Assembly (NCBI GenBank): GCA_021816865.1
Contig: JAKAWX010000003.1
Coordinates: 110,960 to 174,959, forward strand
Source of the DNA: Thermoplasmata archaeon
GTDB lineage: Archaea > Thermoplasmatota > Thermoplasmata > Lutacidiplasmatales > UBA184
Direction: 5' to 3'
Length of the DNA: 64,000 nt
Below, piece by piece: positions 18,917 to 28,200 of the stretch. Both the position numbers and the translations under genes were made by a program. The notes under the pieces were generated by a model. It made no database searches and was not told where the DNA came from. It was given only the letters and a program-made list of their open reading frames with translations. Position 1 is the stretch's first letter, and each line of letters begins with the position of its first letter.

Positions 18917-21900
18917 CTAGGGGGGAGGGGGCGATGGGGGGTCCCCTCGGCCGCTTCGCCGTCGCGACCGGACGAGAAGTGAAGCGACGGCCCCCACCGC
19001 GACGACCGTCCCGATCACGATCCAGTCGAGGTCGGGCAGGCCAACCAGCGAGGCTGTCCCTGTGCCGCCGGGCGCCACCCGCGCGAAGCTCACCGAGACG
19101 TTCGTCGGCGACCCCGATACCCGGACCGAACCCGAGCTGAGGTTGGAACGGTACCCCGGGACCGAGGCGATCGCGTAGGAGTAGGTGGCATTGACCTCGC
19201 GGAACTGGATCGAGTTCGTGGACGAGCTCCCGAGAGTTCCGTTGAGCGTGACGGACCAGGTCTCCCCTCCCGGAAGCCCGGTCTCGACGAACGTGACCGG
19301 GTACGTCGTCCCGGGGCTCGAGACCGGCACGAAGGCGATCGGGATCCGGACGGCGGCGCCGCTCACGTTCAGCGTTCCGGAAGCCGGGGTGGCGAGATAC
19401 CCCGACACCGGGCCCATCGAGTACGCATACGACCCGTTCGGCTCTAAGAAGGCTAGCGTGCCGGTCGTGGCCGCCTGTGTTGCCCCTCCCAGCGTGACAG
19501 ACCAAGCTTGCCCAGTCGGCAGGCCGGCCTCCGAGAACGTCACGGCGAAGGCCGACGGCGCGCGGGAGGAGAACGCAATCGACACCGAGACGGGGGTGCC
19601 GGCGACCGTGATCGATCCCGATCCGGGGGATCCGGTGTAACCCCCCGCCGCTCCGACGGTGAACGCGTAGGTCCCGTTGGTCTCCGCAAAGCCGATCGTC
19701 GGGGATGTAGAGTTCGTCGTGGTCCCGTTGAGATCGACCGACCAGTTCGTTCCGACCGGCAGGCCGGATGCGTCGAACGTCACCGAGTAGTTCCCCTTCG
19801 ACACCGCAACGAACCGGATCGAGACCGTGCTCCCCGAGGAGTTCACGAGGAGGGTGCCGCCGCTCGGAGTCGCAGCGAATCCGTTGACGGCCCCGACCGA
19901 GTAGTGATAGGTCCCGTTCGGCTCGACGAACCCCACCGCGGGGCCCGTCGACGTCGCGGTCGATCCGTTCAGCGTCACCGACCAAGCGGTGCCCGACGGC
20001 AACCCCGACTCCGCGAAGGTGATCGCGTACTGCCCTGGGGGGATCGCACGGAACGCCACCGAAATGTTCACGCTGTGGCCGCGCACGGTGACGTTCCCGG
20101 TGCTGGGGGTGGAGAGATATCCCGCCGGTGGAACGATGGCGAACGAGTAGGTCCCGTTCGGTTCGGAGAATCCGACCCGGGGGGTCGCGCTCGTCTCGGT
20201 CGTCCCGTTCATCGAGACCGACCACGTCGTTCCCGAGGGCAGGCCCGTCTCGTTGAAGCCGACGTCGAACGTCGTCGCCGGAAGGATCGCGACCGGCGAT
20301 TGCCCGAACGTGGTGTAGGCGTACAGGTTCCCGTTCTCGGCCGAGAAGTAGAGCGCGGAGTCCACCCAGACGGTCGAACCCGCGAGGTTCGCACCGACGT
20401 TGTGGTTCCAGGCGAGGACGCCCCCGTAGGTGCGGGCCGCGTACACGGTTCCCGAGCTCGTGTCCCCCACGGCGACCCCGTCCAGAGAGGAGACGCCGAT
20501 CACCGTCCCCCCGATCGGCATCGAGTACAGGAGCTGCCCGTTCGTCGCCGCCAGGAAGTACAGGTTCCCGTCGCCCGAGCCGATGACGAACTCGGGCTGA
20601 CCGTGCTGGGTGCCCGCGGTGACCAGCGCGCCGGTGTCGGAAACCGGCCCTCCCGTCGCGTACGACCAGACGGGCGCCCCGGTCGACTCCGAGAGCGCGT
20701 AGACCGAGTCGTCGGTGGACCCGACGAGGACCGTTCCGCTCCAGATGGTGGCCGCCGCGGGGAGGGAACCGCCGAGGGACCGCGTCCAGGCGATGGCCCC
20801 AGTGCTCGCGTTGAGCGCCACCAGCTCCCCGTTCGCCTCCCCCTCGACGAGGAGGTGTTCGGTGGGGTCGACCGCGGGCGCGGCGGTAAGCGCGCTCCCG
20901 AGCGAGACGCTCCAGACCGACGCGCCGGTCGACTCGTTGAACGCCGCGAGGGTGTCCAGGGTCGACGCCACGTAGACCACGCCGTCCGCGAAGACCGGTG
21001 CGGAGAGGCCGCCGGCGATCGACGCGTTCCATACCTGGGACGTGCCGGACGTCGAAATTGCGGTCAGGAGACCGCCGGTGGTCGACACGAAGACCAGTCC
21101 CCGCGCGGGGTCGACGGCGACCCCCGAATCGACCACGGAACCGTTCGGGAGGCTGTAGTTCCACAGAAGACCGCCGTACGCGAGGTCGACCGCCGAGAGG
21201 ACCCCGGACGTATCCGCGACGTAGGCGACGCCGTTCGCGATCGCCGGCGTGCCGTCGATCGGAGCCCCCGCGTAGAAGTTCCACGCGAGCTCGAGCCACG
21301 TGCCCCCGCCCACGTTCGTGTGGGCGTAGAGATTCGGGTCGTTCGGCTCGAAGTTCGTGTGCGTCGAGTTGTACCCGCCCTGCGCCCAGCTGTTCTCGAC
21401 GTTGACCGGACCGGTCGCGATGTCCCCGGACGCGGCCTGGTCGGCCGTGAGCGTCGTAAGGCCGAACGCCTCCGAGACAGGGATCGTCACGGCGAGGACC
21501 GGGAGATCGCCGGAAGAGTCCGTGCTCGCGGAACCTACCGTCGTGGTCCCCAGGGTGAACGTGACGGACTCCGAAGCGGAGAATCCCGCGCCGGTCACCG
21601 TGAGCGTCGCGCCGGGGCCGGCATCGCTCGGGCTGACAGAAAGACGCGGGCCCGACGCGACCGGAAGGACCGCGAACGCTGACTGCACGGCCGGATCGCT
21701 CGACTGCCCGGCCGAGGAGATGGCGTAGGCCGTGACCGTGTAGGTCCCTCCGTACGCGGGCGTCGGGAACGGCAGGGACCAGTTACTGGACGCGGTCCCG
21801 GCCGCCGTCAGCGTCGCCGCGTTGCCGATCGGCCCGGACGACCACGACCGGGTCGAGGCATCCCACCAGGGCCCGGTGGCTCCGCCCGACTGCACCGCGA

Positions 21901-23461
21901 CGTCCACCCCCGCAACCCCGCCGGCGTCGCCCGCCGTTCCGGAGAGCGGGAGGGAACCGGCCGGGTTCGCGATGGTCGCTCCGCCGGCTGGATAGTCGAT
22001 CGCGACGGCAGGGACGATCGCACTGTTTCCACCCCCGACGGCAAAGTCGTAGAGGAATCCGTCCGTCGAGGCGATCAGGATATTGCCGTCACTGACGGCG
22101 GGCGAGGCCGTGATGAAGCCGGCGGTCGGATAGGTGTAGAGCTGCGCTCCCGTCGCCAGGGAGACCACGTCGAACGCGCCCGCGACGTCGCCGCCGGCGA
22201 CGACCGCCGAGCCGAGCGGACCCGCGATCGCCGGCGAGGAGATCATCTCGGAACCGGACGGATCCTGGTAGCTCCAGAGGACCGAGCCGGAGGTGGCGTT
22301 CAAGTCGACGAGCCCGTGCGCGTAGCCGAAGACGACGTTCGTTCCGTCGAGCGCCGCGCTGGATCGCGGGGGCCCGGTCACTCCCAGGATCTGGTTGAAG
22401 TTGGTCGCCCAGATCTGCCGGCCCGTGGTCAGATTGAGGGCGAAGGTGATGCCGAGCTTGCTGACGACATACGCCACGCCGCCGGCGAACCCGAAGCTTC
22501 CCGGCGCACCGACGGCCGCCCCGGCCCCCACGTCGTTGTCTCCGCAGGCGCTGCCCGTGTAGGTCTGGAACCTCCAGAGCTCGGTTCCGGTAAGCGCGTT
22601 GACCGCGTAGACCGAGCAGTCCGGATCCGCCGTGCCCAAGACGATCAGAGGGACTCCGTTCGCATCGAACGTGTAGGCGAGGGGCGCCCATGTCCCCGAG
22701 ACGACGGGGTATCCGCTCCACTCCCACTCGACGTGACAGTTCGCGGCGTCGACCGCGTACAACGGCCCGCTCGTGCCCCCGTCGTTGTCCCCGAAGTAGA
22801 CCGTGGGAACGCCGCCGGGCGGGGTGGCGATGACGGGGCTCGATTCGAGGCCGTGGGCGACCGGCACCGAGCAGTCGATCGCGCCGGTCGAGGCGTTCAG
22901 CTTGAAGATCGCCGGATTCACGAACGTGCCGATCCAGAGCGAGCCGTTGCTCACGTCCGGGGTCGGGCGGATGGGGGAGCCGAGCCAGGTCGACCATACA
23001 GTCTGTCCGTTCGCCACGTCGATCGCGAGCACGTTCCCGGTCTCGGTCCCGATGTAGGTGAGGGTCGCGCCCAGCGTCGCGTCGTACGCGACCACCGGGG
23101 AGTCGAGTGCCGCCCCATAGAGGTCCGACGCCCAGACCACCCCGAGCCGGGTGGCGTTCGAAGTGGTGATCGGGCTGTTGCTCGCGACTCCCGTGAGATT
23201 GCTGTTCCCGTGAAACTCGGCCCAGTCGTACGCCGGGGTGGGCGGAGCGGTCGCGAGCGGAGCGACGGTGTGCGTCGGACCGGTGGCCGAGCCCGGGGGA
23301 GCCAGTCCTCCCGGGACGGAGACGTTCCACAAGAGCAGTAGAACGAGGGCGACCACTGCGACGGTCGACGTGAGCGATCGCAACGCCGGCCGCCTCCGGA
23401 CCCTGCCCGGCCCGCCCCGACGAGGGGCGCTTTCCCGGTGGGCGAGTCTCGGCCCTCGCAT
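18917..23461 (-). CDS. Large cell-surface protein: two PQQ-like beta-propellers, Ig-like domains, five thermopsin-type repeats, C-terminal TM anchor
   Basis: Signal-like N-terminus; many W-x-x..SSP/TPA and Y-A-L-x-x-x-T-G-x-x-x-W blades; many N-x-S/T sequons; TM helix followed by RSRRRSGR. Confidence 0.88.
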   Translation of the reverse strand: MRGPRLAHRESAPRRGGPGRVRRRPALRSLTSTVAVVALVLLLLWNVSVPGGLAPPGSATGPTHTVAPLATAPPTPAYDWAEFHGNSNLTGVASNSPITTSNATRLGVVWASDLYGAALDSPVVAYDATLGATLTYIGTETGNVLAIDVANGQTVWSTWLGSPIRPTPDVSNGSLWIGTFVNPAIFKLNASTGAIDCSVPVAHGLESSPVIATPPGGVPTVYFGDNDGGTSGPLYAVDAANCHVEWEWSGYPVVSGTWAPLAYTFDANGVPLIVLGTADPDCSVYAVNALTGTELWRFQTYTGSACGDNDVGAGAAVGAPGSFGFAGGVAYVVSKLGITFALNLTTGRQIWATNFNQILGVTGPPRSSAALDGTNVVFGYAHGLVDLNATSGSVLWSYQDPSGSEMISSPAIAGPLGSAVVAGGDVAGAFDVVSLATGAQLYTYPTAGFITASPAVSDGNILIASTDGFLYDFAVGGGNSAIVPAVAIDYPAGGATIANPAGSLPLSGTAGDAGGVAGVDVAVQSGGATGPWWDASTRSWSSGPIGNAATLTAAGTASSNWSLPFPTPAYGGTYTVTAYAISSAGQSSDPAVQSAFAVLPVASGPRLSVSPSDAGPGATLTVTGAGFSASESVTFTLGTTTVGSASTDSSGDLPVLAVTIPVSEAFGLTTLTADQAASGDIATGPVNVENSWAQGGYNSTHTNFEPNDPNLYAHTNVGGGTWLELAWNFYAGAPIDGTPAIANGVAYVADTSGVLSAVDLAYGGLLWNYSLPNGSVVDSGVAVDPARGLVFVSTTGGLLTAISTSGTSQVWNASIAGGLSAPVFADGVVYVASTLDTLAAFNESTGASVWSVSLGSALTAAPAVDPTEHLLVEGEANGELVALNASTGAIAWTRSLGGSLPAAATIWSGTVLVGSTDDSVYALSESTGAPVWSYATGGPVSDTGALVTAGTQHGQPEFVIGSGDGNLYFLAATNGQLLYSMPIGGTVIGVSSLDGVAVGDTSSGTVYAARTYGGVLAWNHNVGANLAGSTVWVDSALYFSAENGNLYAYTTFGQSPVAILPATTFDVGFNETGLPSGTTWSVSMNGTTETSATPRVGFSEPNGTYSFAIVPPAGYLSTPSTGNVTVRGHSVNISVAFRAIPPGQYAITFAESGLPSGTAWSVTLNGSTATSTGPAVGFVEPNGTYHYSVGAVNGFAATPSGGTLLVNSSGSTVSIRFVAVSKGNYSVTFDASGLPVGTNWSVDLNGTTTNSTSPTIGFAETNGTYAFTVGAAGGYTGSPGSGSITVAGTPVSVSIAFSSRAPSAFAVTFSEAGLPTGQAWSVTLGGATQAATTGTLAFLEPNGSYAYSMGPVSGYLATPASGTLNVSGAAVRIPIAFVPVSSPGTTYPVTFVETGLPGGETWSVTLNGTLGSSSTNSIQFREVNATYSYAIASVPGYRSNLSSGSVRVSGSPTNVSVSFARVAPGGTGTASLVGLPDLDWIVIGTVVAVGAVASLLVRSRRRSGRGDPPSPPPP
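19080..20270 (-). repeat. Five tandem ~80-aa F-x-E-x-GLP-x-G-x-x-WSV-x-L-NG repeats (Thermoplasmata surface/thermopsin-associated)
   Basis: FNETGLPSGTTWSVSMNG, FAESGLPSGTAWSVTLNG, FDASGLPVGTNWSVDLNG, FSEAGLPTGQAWSVTLGG, FVETGLPGGETWSVTLNG; boundaries approximate. Confidence 0.85.
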
Positions 23462-23541
23462 TCTGAACCGCCGGCTCGGAGCCTCCCGCGTACGCGGGCT
23501 CGAGTCTCGGCCGCGGATATCGCTAACTCGTCGTATCCGCG

Positions 23542-23553
23542 GGTTTATAAACC
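23542..23553. promoter_or_regulatory. Palindromic TATA box GGTTTATAAACC, probable promoter of the surface-protein gene
   Basis: Perfect 12-bp palindrome containing consensus TTTATAAA, about 80 nt upstream of ATG 23461. Confidence 0.55.
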
Positions 23554-24406
23554 TATGTCAGTGGATAACCTGTCCGCGTTCCCGTTCGGGCGGAATCCTG
23601 GGGCGGTAGCGGCACGGACGCACGGCCGGAAGCGCCCTCCGGCCCTCCCTGCAGCGCCCTGCATCCGCGCACTCGGGCTCACCCATCGCACCGAGGGCCG
23701 CGCCCGAGCGTACCTCCCCGTCACCTTCGTGCGTCTTCCGCTCGAGGGGAACTTTTGGTTCGGGGCCCGAATCGAGGTCGAAACGCAACCGGCTCTTGGG
23801 AGGCTTCGGAGCGTCCATCTGCAGTACGAAGATGCGGGGACCCCGGCCGTCGGGATCGACGTTCGCCACGCCCCGCCCGGAGGACGGATCCCCCGCGGTG
23901 CGGGGAACGCGTCCCGGGGGCCAAAGCCTGCCGGAGGATCCGGATCCGCCTGGCGCACGGCCCCGGCACAGGACGTGGGGAGGTCGTCCGGGTCTCGGCA
24001 GTCGAACAAGATTCGAACCTTTCCTCTCGCCACGACGACGATCGGCCACCGTGCGGGCAGCCGAAGGTATCGAGGTCCCGGGATCGACGGCACCACCGGG
24101 CCCCCGTGGGGCCTACCCGAAGAGCCACCGTGAGCGTCGCCCCCGGGGTTCCGAACACCGAACGATGGGGCGAACGCCTTACCTCGACTCGAACGGGCGC
24201 GGAGGGACCCGCCGCACCAACTCAATTGCCCGGCCCGGGTGGGTAAGGACCAGAACGAGGTCGCGAGACCCGCTTGCTGAGCTCTGCCGTTTCGTCCGGC
24301 GCATACGGCGGCACTCGAAGAGCCTTGGCCGTTCTAGCGATGCAGTCGCTGTACGTAAACGAAATCGAGGCCGCCGTCGACGTAGGGTCTCGCCCAACGA
24401 ATTAGG

Positions 24407-24509
24407 TGCTCCCGGCGGGAGTCTCCCCGGTCGGCTCGGTCCCGACCGGCTTTGAACCCGCGTCAGAGGCTCGAGAGGCCTCTATCCTTGACCACTAGAC
24501 TACGGGAGC
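24407..24509 (-). tRNA. tRNA-Glu (anticodon CUC) with a 30-nt intron at position 59/60
   Basis: Reverse complement folds as acceptor GCTCCCG/CGGGAGC+A73, D-arm GTCT/GGAT, anticodon arm GAGGC-CT[CTC]GA-GCCTC and T-arm GCGGG-TTCAAA^T-CCCGC. CCA is not fully encoded (ACCT). Confidence 0.93.
24421..24450 (-). other. tRNA intron (T-loop, 59/60) with relaxed bulge-helix-bulge motif
   Basis: GCCGGTCGGGACCGAGCCGACCGGGGAGAC; 8-bp CCGGTCGG/CCGACCGG hairpin; bulges AAG and ACT; removal restores the T-loop TTCAAAT and a 73-nt tRNA. Confidence 0.88.
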
Positions 24510-24734
24510 GCCACGCGCCCGTAGGGGAACGCCTCTTTGAGGCTTTCGCCGTTCCGGGTCTCCGCGCGGTAAGAATCTCCGGCTCCCGGCGCCCGCCGAG
24601 GGGCCCGGTCCGCAGCGGGGGGGTCGAGGCCGGCGAGCGACGCCGGTCCGTGGGAGGAGGGGGCGCAGGGGCCCTCCGACCGCGCGCTCGCGCGCCGGGA
24701 GAAGCGCTAAGAGCCGGCGGGGGCTCGTTCGAAC

Positions 24735-25190
24735 GTGACCCCACCGGTCAAAGCGCGCAGCGGCCACATCCTTCTCGACTCGAAGCGTTCGTACCGGGAC
24801 CTGGTGCGCGTGTACCCCGAGATCCACAAACGCGTGGTGGAGATGAACCGGCCCTTCGTGAAGGAGTCGGACCCCCTTCTCCCGGAGGTCCTGCTCGATG
24901 AGAACCTGCGGGACCTCAAGGCGAACCGGAAACCGGTCGGCTACAACCGCCAGGACGCGTTCGGCCTCCGCCTGATCTTCCCTATCGTCGAGGAGCGCCG
25001 GGCGGAATTCTACTTCACGAAGCCCGCGCGCTGCCAGGAGGTCGTCCAGATCACCGAGCAGGTCTCGGTGCTCCTGCGCCGCCGGGGGATCCGCCACCAG
25101 GTCGAGTACGACCGGCTGACGCTCGGGCCGCCGCGGGGCCTCCCGCCGGGACCGGTGTCGGGCGTCGGCTCGGGATTCCTCTCGTCGTAG
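24735..25190 (+). CDS. Hypothetical protein (151 aa)
   Basis: Globular-looking composition and host-like codons; no recognised motif. Confidence 0.7.
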   Translation: MTPPVKARSGHILLDSKRSYRDLVRVYPEIHKRVVEMNRPFVKESDPLLPEVLLDENLRDLKANRKPVGYNRQDAFGLRLIFPIVEERRAEFYFTKPARCQEVVQITEQVSVLLRRRGIRHQVEYDRLTLGPPRGLPPGPVSGVGSGFLSS

Positions 25191-25201
25191 GCGCGGAGGC
25201 G

Positions 25202-28200
25202 CTAGGGCGCGCTCGGGGGCCGGCGGAACGGCCAGAACGGGGCCGCGGCCGAGACCCCCGGACTCTCGCTCGTCCCCGTCTCCTGGAGCTTCTTCAGCGC
25301 TTCGCGGGCCTTCGCGAGCGCCGCGGGGTAGCCCTGGTCCCGGAGGCGGATCGACTCGACGAGCAGCGCCCGGGCCTCGGTCGTGTCGACGTGCCGCTCG
25401 TGCGCCCGCACGAGCCCGGCGTCGATGAGGTAGTGGAGGTTCATGAGCTCGCGATGGAGGGATTTGCGGAGGCTGAGCTCTTCCTCCGTGGAGATGAGGA
25501 GCCGCGCCGCGTCGAGGAGCCGACCCGACCGGTCGAGCTCCTCGATCTCCTTCAGGCGCTCGCGGACCGGGCCGACCGTCACGTGGAGACCTTCCTCGGC
25601 GAACGTCACCTCGGCGCCGAGCTCCTTGCGCCGGGCGACGAACGGTTCGTGGATCGCCGGCTCGAGGGCCGCGCTCGCGCGGGCGAGGCCCGCCTCGGCC
25701 TCCGGGAGGTGGTGGGCGTCGAGCGCCGCGCGGGCCTCGCTGAAGGTCTGCATCATGGGCGTCGTGTCGACGCCGAGCCGCTCTCCGATCCACAGGCGGT
25801 CCTTGAACACCGCCATCTTCGCTTCGAGCTCCTCCGCCCGACGGCGTCGCGCGACCTCGAGCTCGGCGCGGAGAAGGACGAGCGCGCCGCCGAAGTCCCG
25901 ACGCTCGCGTAGGGTCGCGAGCTGCCCAACGACCTCCTCGCGTCGCGCCGTCTCCGCCGCGCTCGGAGGGCCCGAGCGCGCGTACTCGGCCTCGACCTCG
26001 CGGTAGCGGCCGTCGATCACCGATTCGAAAAGGCGCCGGCTCGCCACCGTGCCCCGGTCGAGCGCTTCGCGGACCCGGCCCCAATCGCGCGTTCGCAGCG
26101 CCGCCTCGGCCTCCCCCGCGATCGCGTCGATCGCATCGACCTCGCCCGTGAGACCCTCCTTGCGGGCCGACTCGATCTGGCGGCGGAGCTCGCCGAGCGG
26201 CGTCGCGACCAGGCGTTCGATCGCCCATCGGGCCATCTCGGTCGCCTCGCGGCCGATGCGGATCGCCTCCGAGTACTGGCCGAGTTCGAGGAAGTGCCGT
26301 CCCTGGCCGAGGTGGCCGGCGGCCTCCGCCACGTCGGCGTGGTTCTCGATCGCTTCCGCGATCTGGCGGTCGGCCCCCCCGACCGCCTCGCGAGCGCGGC
26401 GGTGCGCTTCGCGGGCGACGCCGAGGGCATCGATCGCGGCCATCGCGCGCTCGAGGACGTCCGGATAGGCATGCTGCTGGAGGGCGGCCTTCGCGGCCTC
26501 GAACTCCTGGGAAGCGACGGGCGCGAGGATCCCCTCCGCGACGGTCCGGGCGATCGCGGCGCCGGTCGCCTCGACCGACCCTTCGGCGAGGCGGCGCTGG
26601 AGCTCGACGCGCTCGAGTTCGGTCTCGCTCTTCGCGGCGAGCTGCAGCGCCTCGACCGACCGACCCTCGTCGAGGGCCATCCGGGCCTGGTGGAGGAGGT
26701 TCTCGGCGAGCGAAGTGTCCGCGCCGGTGTTGCGGAGACGCGACAGGATCGCCTGGAAGCCCGCGAGGTTCTTCGAAACGTGCTGGTACGTCGCTTGGAG
26801 CAGGTCGCGCTCGAGCGGCCCGCCGAGTTCGATGACCCGCGCGAACTGCTTCTCGCCGAGCAACTGTTCGAGCCGGTCCATCGCCCCGCGGAGCGCGACC
26901 GTGTCGACGTGCAGGAGCTCCGCTTCGGCGAACGCCTCGCGGGCGCGCTTCGCCACGCGCTGCCCGTGTTCGACCAGGCCTCGGGTGGAGACGAACTCGC
27001 GGCGCGCCTCGTCGAGGAGCGTCGCGGCCCCAATCGGCACCGGGAGCCCGATGCGCCGCCGCGCCTCGCCGAGCGGCTCGAGGATCGGGACCAGGTCGAC
27101 GCCCGCGGCTCGCGCGATGTCGAGGTCGCGCTCGAGCGCGCGCAGGTTCTCCTCGAGCACGGGTCGCAGGACGGCCGTCAGCTCGTCATGGAGGAGACGC
27201 GCGCCCGTGCGCGTCGCGCCGGCCGGGGCGGTCGTGCGCTCGGTCTTCAACTGGTGCGCGCGCGCGGCGAACGGCTCCATCGGCGCGGCGAGCCGCCGCC
27301 CGTCTTCGACGAGCTGATCGATCTCGGCCAGGAGGCGACCGGTCTCGAGACGGGCATCTTCTTCGCCGAGCTGTGTCTCGGTCGTCTCGAGGATCTCGCG
27401 CGCCCGGTCGAACTCGAGCGCCTGGAACGCGAGCCGTGCGTTGCGCAGCGCCTCGTAGTACGGCCCCGGGTCCGCGCCCGCGCTGCGCAATCGGCCAAGA
27501 TGCTCCTGACCGTGGGAGATCCCTTCGAGGATCTGCTGGGCGGCGGCCCGAGCACGGCTCGCCGACTCCTCGAGACGGGCCGCGGTCTCGTATGCGGTGA
27601 GGTGCTCGGAGGCCCGCGCCGCCGTCTGCGCGGCATCGAGCTGCGTGCGGAATTCGCGGAGGTCGAGGCCCATCGTCTCGAGTTCGACGAGCGAGAGCTT
27701 CGCGTGCGAGACCGCTTCCTCGCTGCGCAGCAGCTGTTGCTGGAGCGCGCGCGTCCGGATTTCCTGGGAGGCCCGCGACGCCTTCACGAAGTCGCCCATG
27801 TTGAAGATTTGCTGGACCTCATCGATCTGGTGCTGGACTTCGTCACTCGGGCCGCCCATCGACTCGAGGACCCGGCGCTCGGCCTCGAGCCCCTCGACGA
27901 GCGCGGAGGCGTGGGCCGCGAAGACCGCCGAGAAGTCGCGCTCGGCCCGGCGCAGGCTATCGAGCGACCCGATGAGGTCTTCCTTGACCCGGAGGCCAAC
28001 GTCCGCATCGGCGAGCAAGCGCCGGACGGGGGCCGTCAGAGCCTCGTCGGGGATGTCGGCGAGCCCCTGCTCCATCTCTTCCACCCGGTGCGCGACGTGC
28101 GGAGCGGCCGCGGTCCTCAGTTCGACCTCGGACCGAGCGATTCGCTCGGCGGCGTCCGCGAGGTCGCCACGGTCGAGGAGCTCGCGCGCCTCGGTGAGGC

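Noticed and set aside
24005-24027. Minus-strand GAGGAAAGGTTCGAATC, resembling a tRNA T-loop or the RNase P GAGGAAAG motif
   Set aside because: No pairing T-stem, cloverleaf or RNase P P4 partner found nearby
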